From an uncultured Methylomirabilota bacterium (GTDB lineage: Bacteria; Methylomirabilota; Methylomirabilia; Methylomirabilales; 2-02-FULL-66-22), in the NCBI GenBank assembly GCA_963845565.1, contig CAWJSJ010000004.1, positions 64,001-128,000 of the forward strand: a DNA stretch of 64,000 nucleotides, written 5' to 3'. Positions within the stretch are counted from its first letter, which is position 1. Each line of letters opens with the position of its first letter. Positions 1 through 9,417 of the stretch are shown here, piece after piece. The notes under the pieces were generated by a model, which ran no database searches, had not been told where the DNA came from, and worked only from the letters and a program-made list of their open reading frames with translations. The position numbers were made by a program, and so were the translations under genes.

Positions 1-556
1 GCTGCAGCCCAACCGCGGCGTGGTGGTTCGGGACTTCAGCGTGCAAGAGGTCGAGGACGTCTACTATCTCCGTACCGCGCTGGAACGCGCGGCGATTCCC
101 CTCATCGTCGAACGGGTCCGCCCGGCGGACGTCCGGGCGCTGCGGGACCTCCAGCGGGAGTTCGAGCGCGCCTGCCGGGCGGCCGACATGGGCGGCATGA
201 TCCTCAGCAACCTGGCCTTCCACCGGCGGCTCTCGCAGATCTCCGGAAACCCGTTCCTCTGCAAGTCCCTGGAGATCTCGCATCTCCAGACGCAGCAGAT
301 CCGGTACCTCGCCTGGCTGGACGCCGCGCGGGTGCAGACGTCCATCCGGGAGCACCGGCGGATCGTGGCGGCGCTGGCGCGACGAAGCACAGCGGCCTAC
401 GAGCAGGCGCTCGTGACGCACCTGGCGGGCGGAAAGGGAGATTACCAGCGCATCTTCCCCGTGGGGGGTGACGGACAGACGGCAGCGCACAACAGCAGCG
501 ACCGCGGACCCCGGACGCGCGGGGCGGCCCGGCGCAAGGAGGGCTCTCATGCGTAG
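1..556 (+). CDS. GntR-family transcriptional regulator with FCD domain (5' end outside window)
   Basis: Frame open from window start: LQPNRGVVVRDFSVQEVEDVYYLRTALE...NLAFHRRL...SGNPFL...EHRRIVAAL, typical GntR HTH end plus FCD. Confidence 0.9.
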   Translation, partial: LQPNRGVVVRDFSVQEVEDVYYLRTALERAAIPLIVERVRPADVRALRDLQREFERACRAADMGGMILSNLAFHRRLSQISGNPFLCKSLEISHLQTQQIRYLAWLDAARVQTSIREHRRIVAALARRSTAAYEQALVTHLAGGKGDYQRIFPVGGDGQTAAHNSSDRGPRTRGAARRKEGSHA

Positions 557-1505
557 CGGATGGAAGCGTGGATGGATCCTGCTAGCGGCGTGGGCAATCC
601 TGATCGGCGCGTCGCCGGTCGGGGCCCAGGAGTATCCCAGCAAGCCGATCGAGGTCGTGGTCGGGGCCGCGCCCGGCGGCGGCACGGACATGATTGCCAG
701 GGCCGTGGCCGACGTGGCCCCCAAGTATGTAGGGCAGCCCCTGGTCGTGGTGAACAAGGTGGGAGCCGCCATGACCATCGCCGCGCAGTACGTTGCCAGC
801 GCGAAACCGGATGGCTATACGCTGAACGTGGCAGGGGGCAGCGAGACGGTGGCCGTGCCCCACTTCCGGAGCCTCCCCTTCGATCCCCTCAACGATTTCG
901 AGCCCGTCATCCGGTTCATCATCGAGCGGGTCGGATTCTATGTACAGGCGGACAGCCCCTGGAAGAGCATGAAGGATTTCGTGGCGGATGCGAAGCAGAA
1001 CCCCGACAAATACTCCTATGCCCATGCGGGTGTCGGCGGCATCCACCACGCCACCATGCTGGCCGTGGAGAAGCGGGCGGGCATCCGCCTGACCGCCGTG
1101 CCGCACAAGGGGGGAGCGGAGAACCTGGCCGCCCTGGCCGGAGGTCACGTGAACATGGCGGTCGCCTCGCCGAACGAGGCATATGCCCTGGTCCAGGCCG
1201 GGCGCGTGCGCCCCCTGGCCAACGCCTCGCTGAAGCGGTCGGCGACGGAGCCGGACACGCCGACCCTGCGCGAGGTGGGAATCGACGTCTACATCGAAAA
1301 CCAGAAGGGATTCGTCTTCCCGAAGGGGACGCCGGCCCCCATCGTCCAGAAGCTCCACGACAGCCTCCGAAAGGTCTTCGACGATCCGCAGTTCAAGGCC
1401 AACGCCGACAAGCTGAAGCTGGAGCTGGCGTATCTCAACGGAGAGGACTTTCGCAAGGCCCTGAAGGCGATGTACGACCAGATCGGCGAGGCGGTGAAGA
1501 AGTAA
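549..1505 (+). CDS. tctC: Tripartite tricarboxylate transporter substrate-binding protein (Bug/TctC)
   Basis: Signal peptide, YPSKPIEVVV..PGGGTD, KPDGYTL motifs; GGAGG RBS. Confidence 0.92.
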   Translation: MRSGWKRGWILLAAWAILIGASPVGAQEYPSKPIEVVVGAAPGGGTDMIARAVADVAPKYVGQPLVVVNKVGAAMTIAAQYVASAKPDGYTLNVAGGSETVAVPHFRSLPFDPLNDFEPVIRFIIERVGFYVQADSPWKSMKDFVADAKQNPDKYSYAHAGVGGIHHATMLAVEKRAGIRLTAVPHKGGAENLAALAGGHVNMAVASPNEAYALVQAGRVRPLANASLKRSATEPDTPTLREVGIDVYIENQKGFVFPKGTPAPIVQKLHDSLRKVFDDPQFKANADKLKLELAYLNGEDFRKALKAMYDQIGEAVKK

Positions 1506-1530
1506 CACCGACGCTCGCGGGAGCGTGCGC

Positions 1531-1983
1531 ATGACCGTTGATCGGGTGCTTGGTCTGGGAGCCATTCTCCTGGCGATTCCGGTTGCAGCGGCCTCGTGGG
1601 GATTTGGGGTGGGGAGCCCCAAATCCCCCGGCGCCGGGTTCTGGCCGTTGCTCATCGTCGTGGCGATGGCGGGGCTGGGCCTTTCGCTCCTCCTGCATCC
1701 GAGCCAGGCGGTCCCTTCGGCTGCGACGCAGGAGTCCCGCTGGGGACGGCTCTGGATTGCCCTTGGCACGATGGCAGTCTACGTGGTCACCCTGGATCCA
1801 CTCGGGTTCCCGGTCGCAACCACCATCCTGCTCTTCGTGCAACTCCGCTGGGTGGAGAGCCGCACCTGGCGGTCGAGCGCCTGGATCGCCGCCCTGACGC
1901 CGCTCATCGCGTTCGTCCTCTTCCGGGTTCTGCTCAAGGTCCCCCTACCGGCCGGCGTGGTCCCGCTGCCCAGAGGTTGGTAA
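1531..1983 (+). CDS. tctB: TTT small membrane subunit TctB
   Basis: PGAGFWP motif, 4 hydrophobic segments, C-terminal LKVPLPAG; lies between tctC and tctA. Confidence 0.88.
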   Translation: MTVDRVLGLGAILLAIPVAAASWGFGVGSPKSPGAGFWPLLIVVAMAGLGLSLLLHPSQAVPSAATQESRWGRLWIALGTMAVYVVTLDPLGFPVATTILLFVQLRWVESRTWRSSAWIAALTPLIAFVLFRVLLKVPLPAGVVPLPRGW

Positions 1984-2006
1984 GGCCGAGCAAAGAAGGA
2001 GCGAGG

Positions 2007-3521
2007 TTGGATACCATCGGTCCCCTGCTTCACGGTTTTGCCGTGGCCCTGACCCCCGGCAATCTCCTGGCCGTGCTCCTGGGGACGTTGATCGGCACGG
2101 TGATCGGCGTTCTGCCGGGCCTGGGGCCGACTGCGTCCATCGCGCTGCTGCTCCCGGTCACCATCGGCATGGACATGGTGCCGGCCCTCATCATGCTGGC
2201 GGGGATCTACTACGGGGCGATGTACGGAGGCTCGACGACCTCCATCCTGGTCAACATCCCCGGGGAGGCCGCCTCGGTCGTCACCTGCATGGACGGCTAT
2301 CAGATGGCCCGGAAGGGCCGGGCCGGCCCCGCGCTCGGGATGTCGGCCTTCGGGTCGTTCATCGGCGGCACCGTCAGCGTGGTGGCGGTGATGCTGATCT
2401 CGCCGTTCCTGGCCGAGGCCGCCCTGAAGTTCGGGCCGCCCGAGATGTTTGCGCTGCTCTTCTTCGCCTTCACCTGCATCGGGGGTCTGACCGGGAAGTC
2501 GCGGACGCGCGGCCTGCTCATGGCCTGCGTGGGGCTGCTCCTCGGCACGATCGGGACGGACGATATCCAGGGGGTGGACCGGTTCGTCTTCGGGACGCTC
2601 TACCTGCGGGATGGGATCGGCCTGGTGCCGCTGGCCATGGGGCTCTTCGGGCTGGGGGAGATCATCTACAACATCGAGCAGCGGGAGGAGACCGGCTCGG
2701 TGCTGGAGACTCCCAAGAACCTGCTACCGACGCTGCGGGACTGGAAGGATTCAGCCTGGCCCATCGCGCGCGGCAGCGTCCTCGGGTTCGGCATCGGGAT
2801 CCTGCCGGGCGGCATGCCGGCGGTGGCCTCGCTCTTGAGTTACGCCGTCGAGCGGCGGGTGGCCAAGCGGCCGGAGGAGTTCGGCCACGGGGCCATCGAG
2901 GGGGTGGCGGGGCCCGAGACGGCGAACAACGCCGCCACCGCCGGCGGCTTCGTGCCGCTGCTCACGCTGGGGATTCCGACCAACAGCGTCCTCGCACTCA
3001 TGCTGGCGGCCATGATGCTCCACGGGGTCACGCCGGGGCCCCTTTTGCTCCTCAAGTGGCCGGATGTGTTCTGGGGGGTGATTGCGAGCATGTACATCGG
3101 CAACGCGATGCTCCTGGTCCTCAACCTGCCGATGATCGGACTGTTCGTGCAGATCCTCAAGGTCCCCTACGGCATCCTGTCGCCCCTGATCGTCATGTTT
3201 GTCCTGCTGGGGGCCTACGCCCTGAACAACAGCGTCACCGATGTGCTGGCGACCGTCCTGTTCGGGCTGGTGGGATACCTCATGAAGCGACACGGACTAG
3301 AACCGGCTCCGCTGGTGCTGGCCTTCGTCTTGGGGCCGATGCTCGAGAACAACCTGAGCAAGGCCCTGATCATGTCCCGGACGGGGAGCCCGCTGTTCTT
3401 CTTCTCCAGACCCATCTCGGGGACCCTGCTCGCGTGCGCCATCCTGGTCCTGGCCTTTCCCCTGATTCGCTGGGGCTGGCGCCGGGCGACCGGTCGGCGG
3501 CCGGCGCCAGCCGGCGCGTGA
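2007..3521 (+). CDS. tctA: TTT large permease TctA (TTG start)
   Basis: GVLPGLG, YYGAMYGGSTTSILVNIPG, GPETANNA motifs; AAGGAG RBS before TTG. Confidence 0.95.
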   Translation: MDTIGPLLHGFAVALTPGNLLAVLLGTLIGTVIGVLPGLGPTASIALLLPVTIGMDMVPALIMLAGIYYGAMYGGSTTSILVNIPGEAASVVTCMDGYQMARKGRAGPALGMSAFGSFIGGTVSVVAVMLISPFLAEAALKFGPPEMFALLFFAFTCIGGLTGKSRTRGLLMACVGLLLGTIGTDDIQGVDRFVFGTLYLRDGIGLVPLAMGLFGLGEIIYNIEQREETGSVLETPKNLLPTLRDWKDSAWPIARGSVLGFGIGILPGGMPAVASLLSYAVERRVAKRPEEFGHGAIEGVAGPETANNAATAGGFVPLLTLGIPTNSVLALMLAAMMLHGVTPGPLLLLKWPDVFWGVIASMYIGNAMLLVLNLPMIGLFVQILKVPYGILSPLIVMFVLLGAYALNNSVTDVLATVLFGLVGYLMKRHGLEPAPLVLAFVLGPMLENNLSKALIMSRTGSPLFFFSRPISGTLLACAILVLAFPLIRWGWRRATGRRPAPAGA

Positions 3522-3543
3522 TCTTTTTTCTGTGGAGGCGGCA

Positions 3544-4590
3544 GTGACGACACGAGTGAAGCCGGATCAATTGCGCGACTTCTGTGCGGGACTCTTCGAG
3601 GGGGCAGGCGTGCCGTCGGCGGACGCCCGGACGGTGGCCGATAGCTTGGTGGAGGCGGATCTCCGGGGGGTGTCCTCTCACGGGACGACCCGCGTCGGGA
3701 TCTATCTGGAGCGCCTTCAGGCGGGGCTGATCAACTCGCGACCGACGGTGGCGGTAATCCGGGAGACCGCAACCACCCTCCTCCTGGACGGCGACAACGG
3801 CTTGGGGCCGGTCGTCGGCGTGCGCGCCATGGACGAGGCGATCCGGCGGGCAACGGAGTACGGGACCGCCTGGGTGGGTGTCCGGAACAGCAACCACTTC
3901 GGTGCGGCGGCGTACTACGTGACGCGGGCGATCACCGCCCGGTGCATCGGGTTCGCCCTGACGAACGCCCCCGCCACGATGGCGCTGTGGGGAGGCCGGA
4001 CGCCGTTTCTCGGGACCAACCCCTTTGCCATGGGGGTGCCGGCCGGCCGGGAGCGGCCCATCGTGGTGGACATGGCGACCAGCGTGGCGGCGCGCGGCAA
4101 GATCATCCTGGCGGCGAAGAAGGGCGAGGCCATCCCGTCGGGTCTGGCCGTCGACGTCGAGGGCCGGCCGACGACCGACGCGCAGGCTGCGCTGGATGGC
4201 GCGGTCCTGCCCTTCGCGCAGCACAAGGGGTACGGCATTGCGCTCTTGATCGAGATGCTGTCCGGGGTCCTGGCTGGCGCCACCATCGCACCAGCCGTGG
4301 GGAACCTCTACGGCAACCCCACCGGGACGCAGAACCTCGGCCACGGCTTCGGGGCGCTGCGCGTGGAGGCGCTGGCCCCGATCGGCGAGTTCGCGGAGCG
4401 CATGGACACGCTGATCCGCGAAGTGCGACAGAGCCCGCGCGGCGCCGGCATAGAGCGCATCTATCTGCCGGGCGAGATCGAGTTCGAATTGGCGGAACGA
4501 AACCGCCGAGACGGACTGGCGCTGGCGGAGCCGACGGTTCGCGAACTGTCCGCCCTGGGGACGCAGGTCGGGGTTGCCTGTCCGTTCTAG
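3544..4590 (+). CDS. Ldh_2-family oxidoreductase (malate/L-sulfolactate/ureidoglycolate dehydrogenase family)
   Basis: ADLRGVSSHG, NSNHFG, GTNPFA, DMATS, HKGYG, YLPGE motifs. Confidence 0.92.
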   Translation: MTTRVKPDQLRDFCAGLFEGAGVPSADARTVADSLVEADLRGVSSHGTTRVGIYLERLQAGLINSRPTVAVIRETATTLLLDGDNGLGPVVGVRAMDEAIRRATEYGTAWVGVRNSNHFGAAAYYVTRAITARCIGFALTNAPATMALWGGRTPFLGTNPFAMGVPAGRERPIVVDMATSVAARGKIILAAKKGEAIPSGLAVDVEGRPTTDAQAALDGAVLPFAQHKGYGIALLIEMLSGVLAGATIAPAVGNLYGNPTGTQNLGHGFGALRVEALAPIGEFAERMDTLIREVRQSPRGAGIERIYLPGEIEFELAERNRRDGLALAEPTVRELSALGTQVGVACPF

Positions 4591-4713
4591 TCTAGTCAGG
4601 CGGCGGTCGCGAAAGAGCAGGCGATGCGGGACCGCATCCTGACGGGGGAATACCTCTACGACATCCTGAAGTGTGGCGACGTGCTCAACAGGCTTGGCGT
4701 CGCGGAGAAGTGA
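4591..4713 (+). pseudogene. Possible C-terminal remnant of an RraA/HMG-aldolase-like gene
   Basis: Open 40-codon stretch AAVAKEQAMRDRILTGEYLYDILKCGDVLNRLGVAEK* resembling RraA/LigK C-termini; no RBS-supported start. Confidence 0.4.
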
Positions 4714-4748
4714 ACCCGGAGCGAATCGAGAAAGGAAGCGACGTTGCC

Positions 4749-5705
4749 ATGAAACCAAAGGTCCTCGTCACGGAGAACATTCATCAGGTCGGGTGGGAAA
4801 CCCTGCGGGCCGACGCGGAGGCCGTGGCCTGGGGCGGACAGGAAAAGCAGCCGCTCCTCGAAGCGGTCAAGGACGTCCAGGCGATCCTGGTTCGCGTCGC
4901 CAAGCTCACGCCGGAGGTCATTCAGGCCGCGTCGCAGTTGAAGGTCATCGGCAAGCATGGCGTCGGCTACGACAACATCAACATCCCGGCCGCCACGGCA
5001 CGCGGCGTCGTCGTCACCAATACGCCTCTGGCGAACTCCACCTCGGTGGCCGAACACGCGCTGGCGCTTCTCCTGGCAGTGGCCCGTCGGATCGGAGAAT
5101 CCGACCGGGACCTGGCCCGCGGGGCGATGCGCAGCCAGAAGGTCTATCAGGGGCTGGAGTTGTCGGGGAAGGTGATGGGGATCATCGGCCTGGGGAGCGC
5201 CGGATTCCGGCTGGCCCGGATGACCGGGCAGGGTCTCGGCATGCGAGTACTCGGGTTCGATCCGTACAAGGAGCCGTGGCCGGAGGGGATCGAGCGCTGC
5301 CGGGAGGTCGAGCCGCTCCTGGCTCAGGCGGATTTCGTCTCGATCCATGTTCCGCTCACCAAGGAAACGACGAACCTCATCGGCAAAGAGACTCTCGCAA
5401 AGATGAAGCCCACCGCCGTTCTGGTGAACACCGCCCGGGGCGGGATCGTGGACGAGGCCGCGGTGGCCGAGGCCGTGACGGCGGGTCGTTTGGCCGGAGT
5501 AGGGCTCGACGTGGTGGTGGACGAGCCTCTCAAGCCGTCTCACCCCTTGAACGGCGTGCCCAACATCCTCCTCACGGCACACGTGGCCGGCGTGACCGAG
5601 GAGGCCATGATGCGCATGGCTCAGGACTCCGCCGAGGACATCCTGCGGGTGTTGCGGGGAGAGCGCCCAAAGTATCCGGTGAATCGCGAAGTCTTGAAGG
5701 GATAG
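4749..5705 (+). CDS. D-2-hydroxyacid dehydrogenase (SerA-like, no ACT domain)
   Basis: KHGVGYDNI, GIIGLGSAG, NTARGGIVDE, LDV..DEP, TAHVAG. Confidence 0.92.
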   Translation: MKPKVLVTENIHQVGWETLRADAEAVAWGGQEKQPLLEAVKDVQAILVRVAKLTPEVIQAASQLKVIGKHGVGYDNINIPAATARGVVVTNTPLANSTSVAEHALALLLAVARRIGESDRDLARGAMRSQKVYQGLELSGKVMGIIGLGSAGFRLARMTGQGLGMRVLGFDPYKEPWPEGIERCREVEPLLAQADFVSIHVPLTKETTNLIGKETLAKMKPTAVLVNTARGGIVDEAAVAEAVTAGRLAGVGLDVVVDEPLKPSHPLNGVPNILLTAHVAGVTEEAMMRMAQDSAEDILRVLRGERPKYPVNREVLKG

Positions 5706-5723
5706 CGGTGCGGGTTGGGATTC

Positions 5724-5769
5724 CCAAAACGGCCGGGACCGGCAGAGATGCCGACCCCGGCCGTTTTGG
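5724..5769. terminator. Bidirectional hairpin between convergent genes
   Basis: CCAAAACGGCCGGG...CCCGGCCGTTTTGG inverted repeat. Confidence 0.7.
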
Positions 5770-5775
5770 TCTGCG

Positions 5776-6258
5776 TCAGTCGTCGTTCCCCTTGCCCTTT
5801 CCCTTGCCCTTGTGTTTGTCCTTTTCCTTGTGTTTCCCGTGTCCCTTCTCGTTGTCGTATCCCTGGGCTGCCGCCCAGGGCGGGGGCCCGTGCTTCTTCC
5901 AGTGCCCGGGCGGATGCTTGTAGTACGTCACGGGGACGGCCAGGATCGGCCGCGGGACCTGGTGGATGACCAGCGACATCCAGGGGCCATTGTAGCGGGC
6001 CGAGTAAAACCAGCCACCTTCATGGAACAGATAGTAGTAGCCGTCGTAGGTGAAGTAGTTGTGCGACACCGAGGGCGCATATTGCACGGGCACCCCCGGC
6101 ACTGCCACGAGCGGCGGCGGGGCCCCGATGTTGAGGCCGAAGTTCACGCTCGGGGTGCTGATGCCGACACTGACATTCTGGGCACGGGCCGCCTCTTGCG
6201 TCAGCCCGAGGAAGGCCGCGGCCGTGGCCGCGGCAAGAGCAAGTGTTCGAAATCGCAT
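5776..6258 (-). CDS. Secreted Pro/aromatic-rich hypothetical protein with Lys/His/Gly-rich tail
   Basis: Signal peptide, VGISTPSVNFGLNIGAPPP, YNGPW, PPGHWKK; GAAGAG RBS. Confidence 0.75.
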   Translation of the reverse strand: MRFRTLALAAATAAAFLGLTQEAARAQNVSVGISTPSVNFGLNIGAPPPLVAVPGVPVQYAPSVSHNYFTYDGYYYLFHEGGWFYSARYNGPWMSLVIHQVPRPILAVPVTYYKHPPGHWKKHGPPPWAAAQGYDNEKGHGKHKEKDKHKGKGKGKGNDD

Positions 6259-6720
6259 AGACTCTTCTCCGTTTCGGGGTTGTTGATGGCGCAACCGAGG
6301 TTGCCCGGGTGATTACGGACGGGTCCTCGTCGTGGTGGTCGAAGTCGTCGCGCCCGACTTGACCCCCGTGGTCGTGGCGCGCGTGGGCGAACCTTCCTTC
6401 ATCGTGACTACCGATGCACGCCCTCGACACACAGCAAGAATTGTACCGGGAGATCACGGTCGTAACCCATTGAGAAATCAGGGTGCATGCATCTTGCCGG
6501 TAGGCCGGGTCGTGGAAAAGGCACAACGTGGGTAGAAAAATCGTCAGACGATCGAGGGGCACCGTCGCGGGTGTCGCCGGGAAGCCCCATGAGTTCCGCT
6601 AGGTTCCGGCTTGACATGGGCCAGAAGGCCGCCGGATACTTCGACACCGTCGCGGCTTTCGTCGCCCGGCTCTCTGACGACCATGGGTGGGCGAAGGCCG
6701 GCGCTGGCGGAGGCCATGTC

Positions 6721-7575
6721 ATGACGCGGATGAACGCCTGGTGGGACGCAGGTGTATTGCTGTTCATCGCGCTCTTGTGGATCGGTTCGCCCGCCGCCGA
6801 GAGCTGTACGCTCTGGGCGGCGGTGGGGGAGGCCGCCCGGGACGGAGGCAGTCTGGTGGTCAAGAACCGCGACTGGCGGCCCGATCATCGGCAGGCGATC
6901 AAACGCGTGACGCCGAAACAGGGCTTCCGCTACTACGGCCTCTTTGCGTACGGCAACGACTACCCGGGTCTCAAGGCCGGTGTCAACGAGAAGGGGCTCG
7001 TCGTCGTGTCGGCCACCGCGCCCTATCGCCAGCGAGACCTCAAGGAGATGCCCAGGACCAAGGACCGCCTGGGCCGACTTCTTCGGGAGCATGCCACGGT
7101 GGAGGAGGCGCTGAGCCGTCAGGACCTGTTCCTCGGTCCGACGTTTTTCCTGATCGCCGACCGGCGGCAGGCGGCGGTGGTTGAAGTCGGCCCGGGCGGA
7201 ACCTTTGCCATCGGGAAGCCCGTCGGAGGTATCATCGCGCACACCAATCACTATGTCCTGCCCTCGATGGTCCGGTTCAACCCAGCCAAGATCGGCGAGA
7301 GCAGCCGGGAACGCTCGACCCGGATCCACGAGGTGCTGGGAACCGGCGGCCCCTTCGGCCCGGCCGACTTCGAACGGATCAGCGCGTCACGGGACGGCGG
7401 GGTGGATCACGCCATCTGGCGCACCGGCAAGGGGCCTGACGCCACTCGCACGCTTGCCACCTGGATGGTCCGCCAGAGGGCCGACGGCGACATCGCGCTG
7501 TTTGTTCGTCTGGCCAACCCAGGAGACGAGGTCCGGGAGATCCGCCTCTCGGGCGCGGATCTCTTCGGGCGGTGA
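6721..7575 (+). CDS. Exported Ntn hydrolase, peptidase C45/carcinine hydrolase-like
   Basis: Signal peptide then nucleophile CT, KNRD, GVNEKGL, HTNHY motifs. Confidence 0.82.
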   Translation: MTRMNAWWDAGVLLFIALLWIGSPAAESCTLWAAVGEAARDGGSLVVKNRDWRPDHRQAIKRVTPKQGFRYYGLFAYGNDYPGLKAGVNEKGLVVVSATAPYRQRDLKEMPRTKDRLGRLLREHATVEEALSRQDLFLGPTFFLIADRRQAAVVEVGPGGTFAIGKPVGGIIAHTNHYVLPSMVRFNPAKIGESSRERSTRIHEVLGTGGPFGPADFERISASRDGGVDHAIWRTGKGPDATRTLATWMVRQRADGDIALFVRLANPGDEVREIRLSGADLFGR

Positions 7576-7678
7576 GCCGTTGTCAAAGAATAAGTTGAGC
7601 GGAGACATTCCGAAACGGCATAAGGAGCCGTAACGAAATAGAAAGAGATGTATAGGGTATTTCGTAACGGCTCCTAAG
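7575..7678. repeat. ~104-bp AT-rich double-hairpin element, copy 1
   Basis: Near-identical to 35248-35351; contains TAA-GGAGCCGTAACGAAATA...TATTTCGTAACGGCTCC-TAA. Confidence 0.85.
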
Positions 7679-7761
7679 GCGCGACAGCACCGCGGGAAGC
7701 GCCGGCCACCTCTCTTGCCACGGCCGACCGGTCTCGAAGCGATGTCGGCGATGGGCTGTGA

Positions 7762-7884
7762 TCACGGGCAGGCTCGGAACGGATGCTGTGCGATCCAGTG
7801 CCGGGCGATGTCTGCCCGGCGGCAGATCCAGACCCGGTCGTGTTGCTGGACGTAGTCCAGGAAGCGCATGAGCGCGGCGGCGCG
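7762..7884 (-). pseudogene. puuE: 3'-terminal fragment of a second puuE allantoinase
   Basis: Encodes [34 protein letters not shown]; about 95 bp near-identical to 14045-14140. Confidence 0.8.
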
Positions 7885-8602
7885 GCACGGGCTGTGCGTC
7901 ATCGAGGATGCCGCCCACTGCATCGGCGGCGAGTACCGGGGACGGCGGATCGGGAGCTTCGGCGACACGCAGGTGTTCAGCTTCCACCCGAACAAAAACA
8001 TCACGACCGGCGAGGGTGGTTGCGTCGTGACCCGCGACGCCAAGATGCAACGCGACATCAAGTTGTTGCGCTTTCACGGGATCGACCGCGAGGCGACGTC
8101 TGAGTTGGCGCGGCGCGGGTTGCCGCACTACGAAATCGGCCTCGCGGGATACCAGTTCAACATGATGGACCTGCAAGCCGCTCTGGGCCTTCACCAGTTG
8201 CCGCGGCTGGACGCGATCAATGACCGTCGCCGCCGACTGGCCGATCGGTACCGACAAGCGCTCGCCGCCTGCCCCGGCCTGAGGTGTCCCCGGACGCCGG
8301 CCTACCCGCATACGCACGCGTGGCATCTCTTCGCGCCGCTAGTCGAGGCGGACGCTTCTGGCGCGTCCCGCGATGACCTCATGCTCTGCCTCAGAGAGCG
8401 GGGGATGGGCACCGGCTTGCACTACCAGGCGATCCACCTGAGCAGCTTCTACGCGAAACGGTATGGCTGGACGCGAGGCGATTTCCCAAACGCGGAGTAC
8501 ATCTCCGACCGCGTCGTCAGTCTGCCCCAGTTTCCCGACATGACCGAGGCGGACCAAGACCGCGTGGTCGCGGCGCTTGCCGCGATCTTCGGCGAAGTCT
8601 GA
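7868..8602 (+). pseudogene. 5'-truncated DegT/DnrJ/EryC1/StrS (ArnB-like) aminotransferase
   Basis: VIEDAAH, FSFHPNKNITTGEGG (PLP Lys) present; N-terminal third missing. Confidence 0.85.
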
Positions 8603-8774
8603 GTGTCGCCCGCTGGTGACTCTCGGGCCTTTTGTGGCGAATCGTTTCGGTGACCCCGCTGTGTCACTTCGGCCTTGACCCGTGCGCCGTCCACGCGGAT
8701 GCTCTTGAGCGGGTCAACTACCCGCGGCCTGTTGGCCGACCGCGCGCGAGGCGAATGGAGGAGAGGAGGACAAC

Positions 8775-9241
8775 ATGAAATACCTCGCAGTGATCTCGCT
8801 CTCTTGGGAATCGCCACCTCGTTTGCCGCGCAAGACCTCACGTGGCGCAAGGACGTGCAGCCGATCATTCAGGCCTCGTGCGCGGCGTGCCACGGGGCGA
8901 AAGCCCCCGTCTATGAGGAATGGAACCTCGATTGGGAGAAATGGACCAAGCAGAACGTGGGTCCGCGCATGGATCTGTACGAGTACTTCATGCGCCATGT
9001 GGTCTGGCCCGCCACCGGTTCTTTGATACGGCGCCTCGACGACGGCAAGAACGCGGACGGAAAGCCCGGGAACATGTACGTCTTCCTGGATTCTACCGAC
9101 GCGGACCGCGCCAAGAAACTTCAAACGATCAAGGAGTGGCTTGGCGGTGAGGGCGCCTGGTTTCTCAACCGGTGGGAAACACGCGGCAGCGTGCCGGGGG
9201 TGACCAAAGAGCAACTCGACAGGATCAAGGCGAAGTACTGA
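8775..9241 (+). CDS. Exported monoheme c-type cytochrome, frameshift near 8800 in the signal peptide
   Basis: GAGGAGG RBS + ATG MKYLAVISL; shifted frame gives LLGIATSFAAQDLTWRKDVQPIIQASCAACHG (CxxCH). Confidence 0.75.
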
Positions 9242-9308
9242 CGGGGACGATTGGGATGCGCCTCTGCGCGAGGCGTCTTGTGCAGATTGGTTAAGAGCAG
9301 TGAAGATG

Positions 9309-9357
9309 CGAAACGGGCGAGACAGGCCAGAGGCAAGCCTCGCCCGTTTCGATTTTC
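9309..9357 (+). terminator. Rho-independent terminator-like hairpin
   Basis: CGAAACGGGCGAG / CTCGCCCGTTTCG 13-bp stem followed by ATTTTCT. Confidence 0.6.
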
Positions 9358-9417
9358 TGGCAATCGACTCGTTTCGTGTGCTCCTTGACGGGCGCTCCAA
9401 ACCCATACGTTGCAGGC

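Noticed and set aside
6595..6675. ykkC/guanidine-type riboswitch
   Set aside because: Only a CTAGGTTCCGG-like fragment matches; the other conserved blocks are absent
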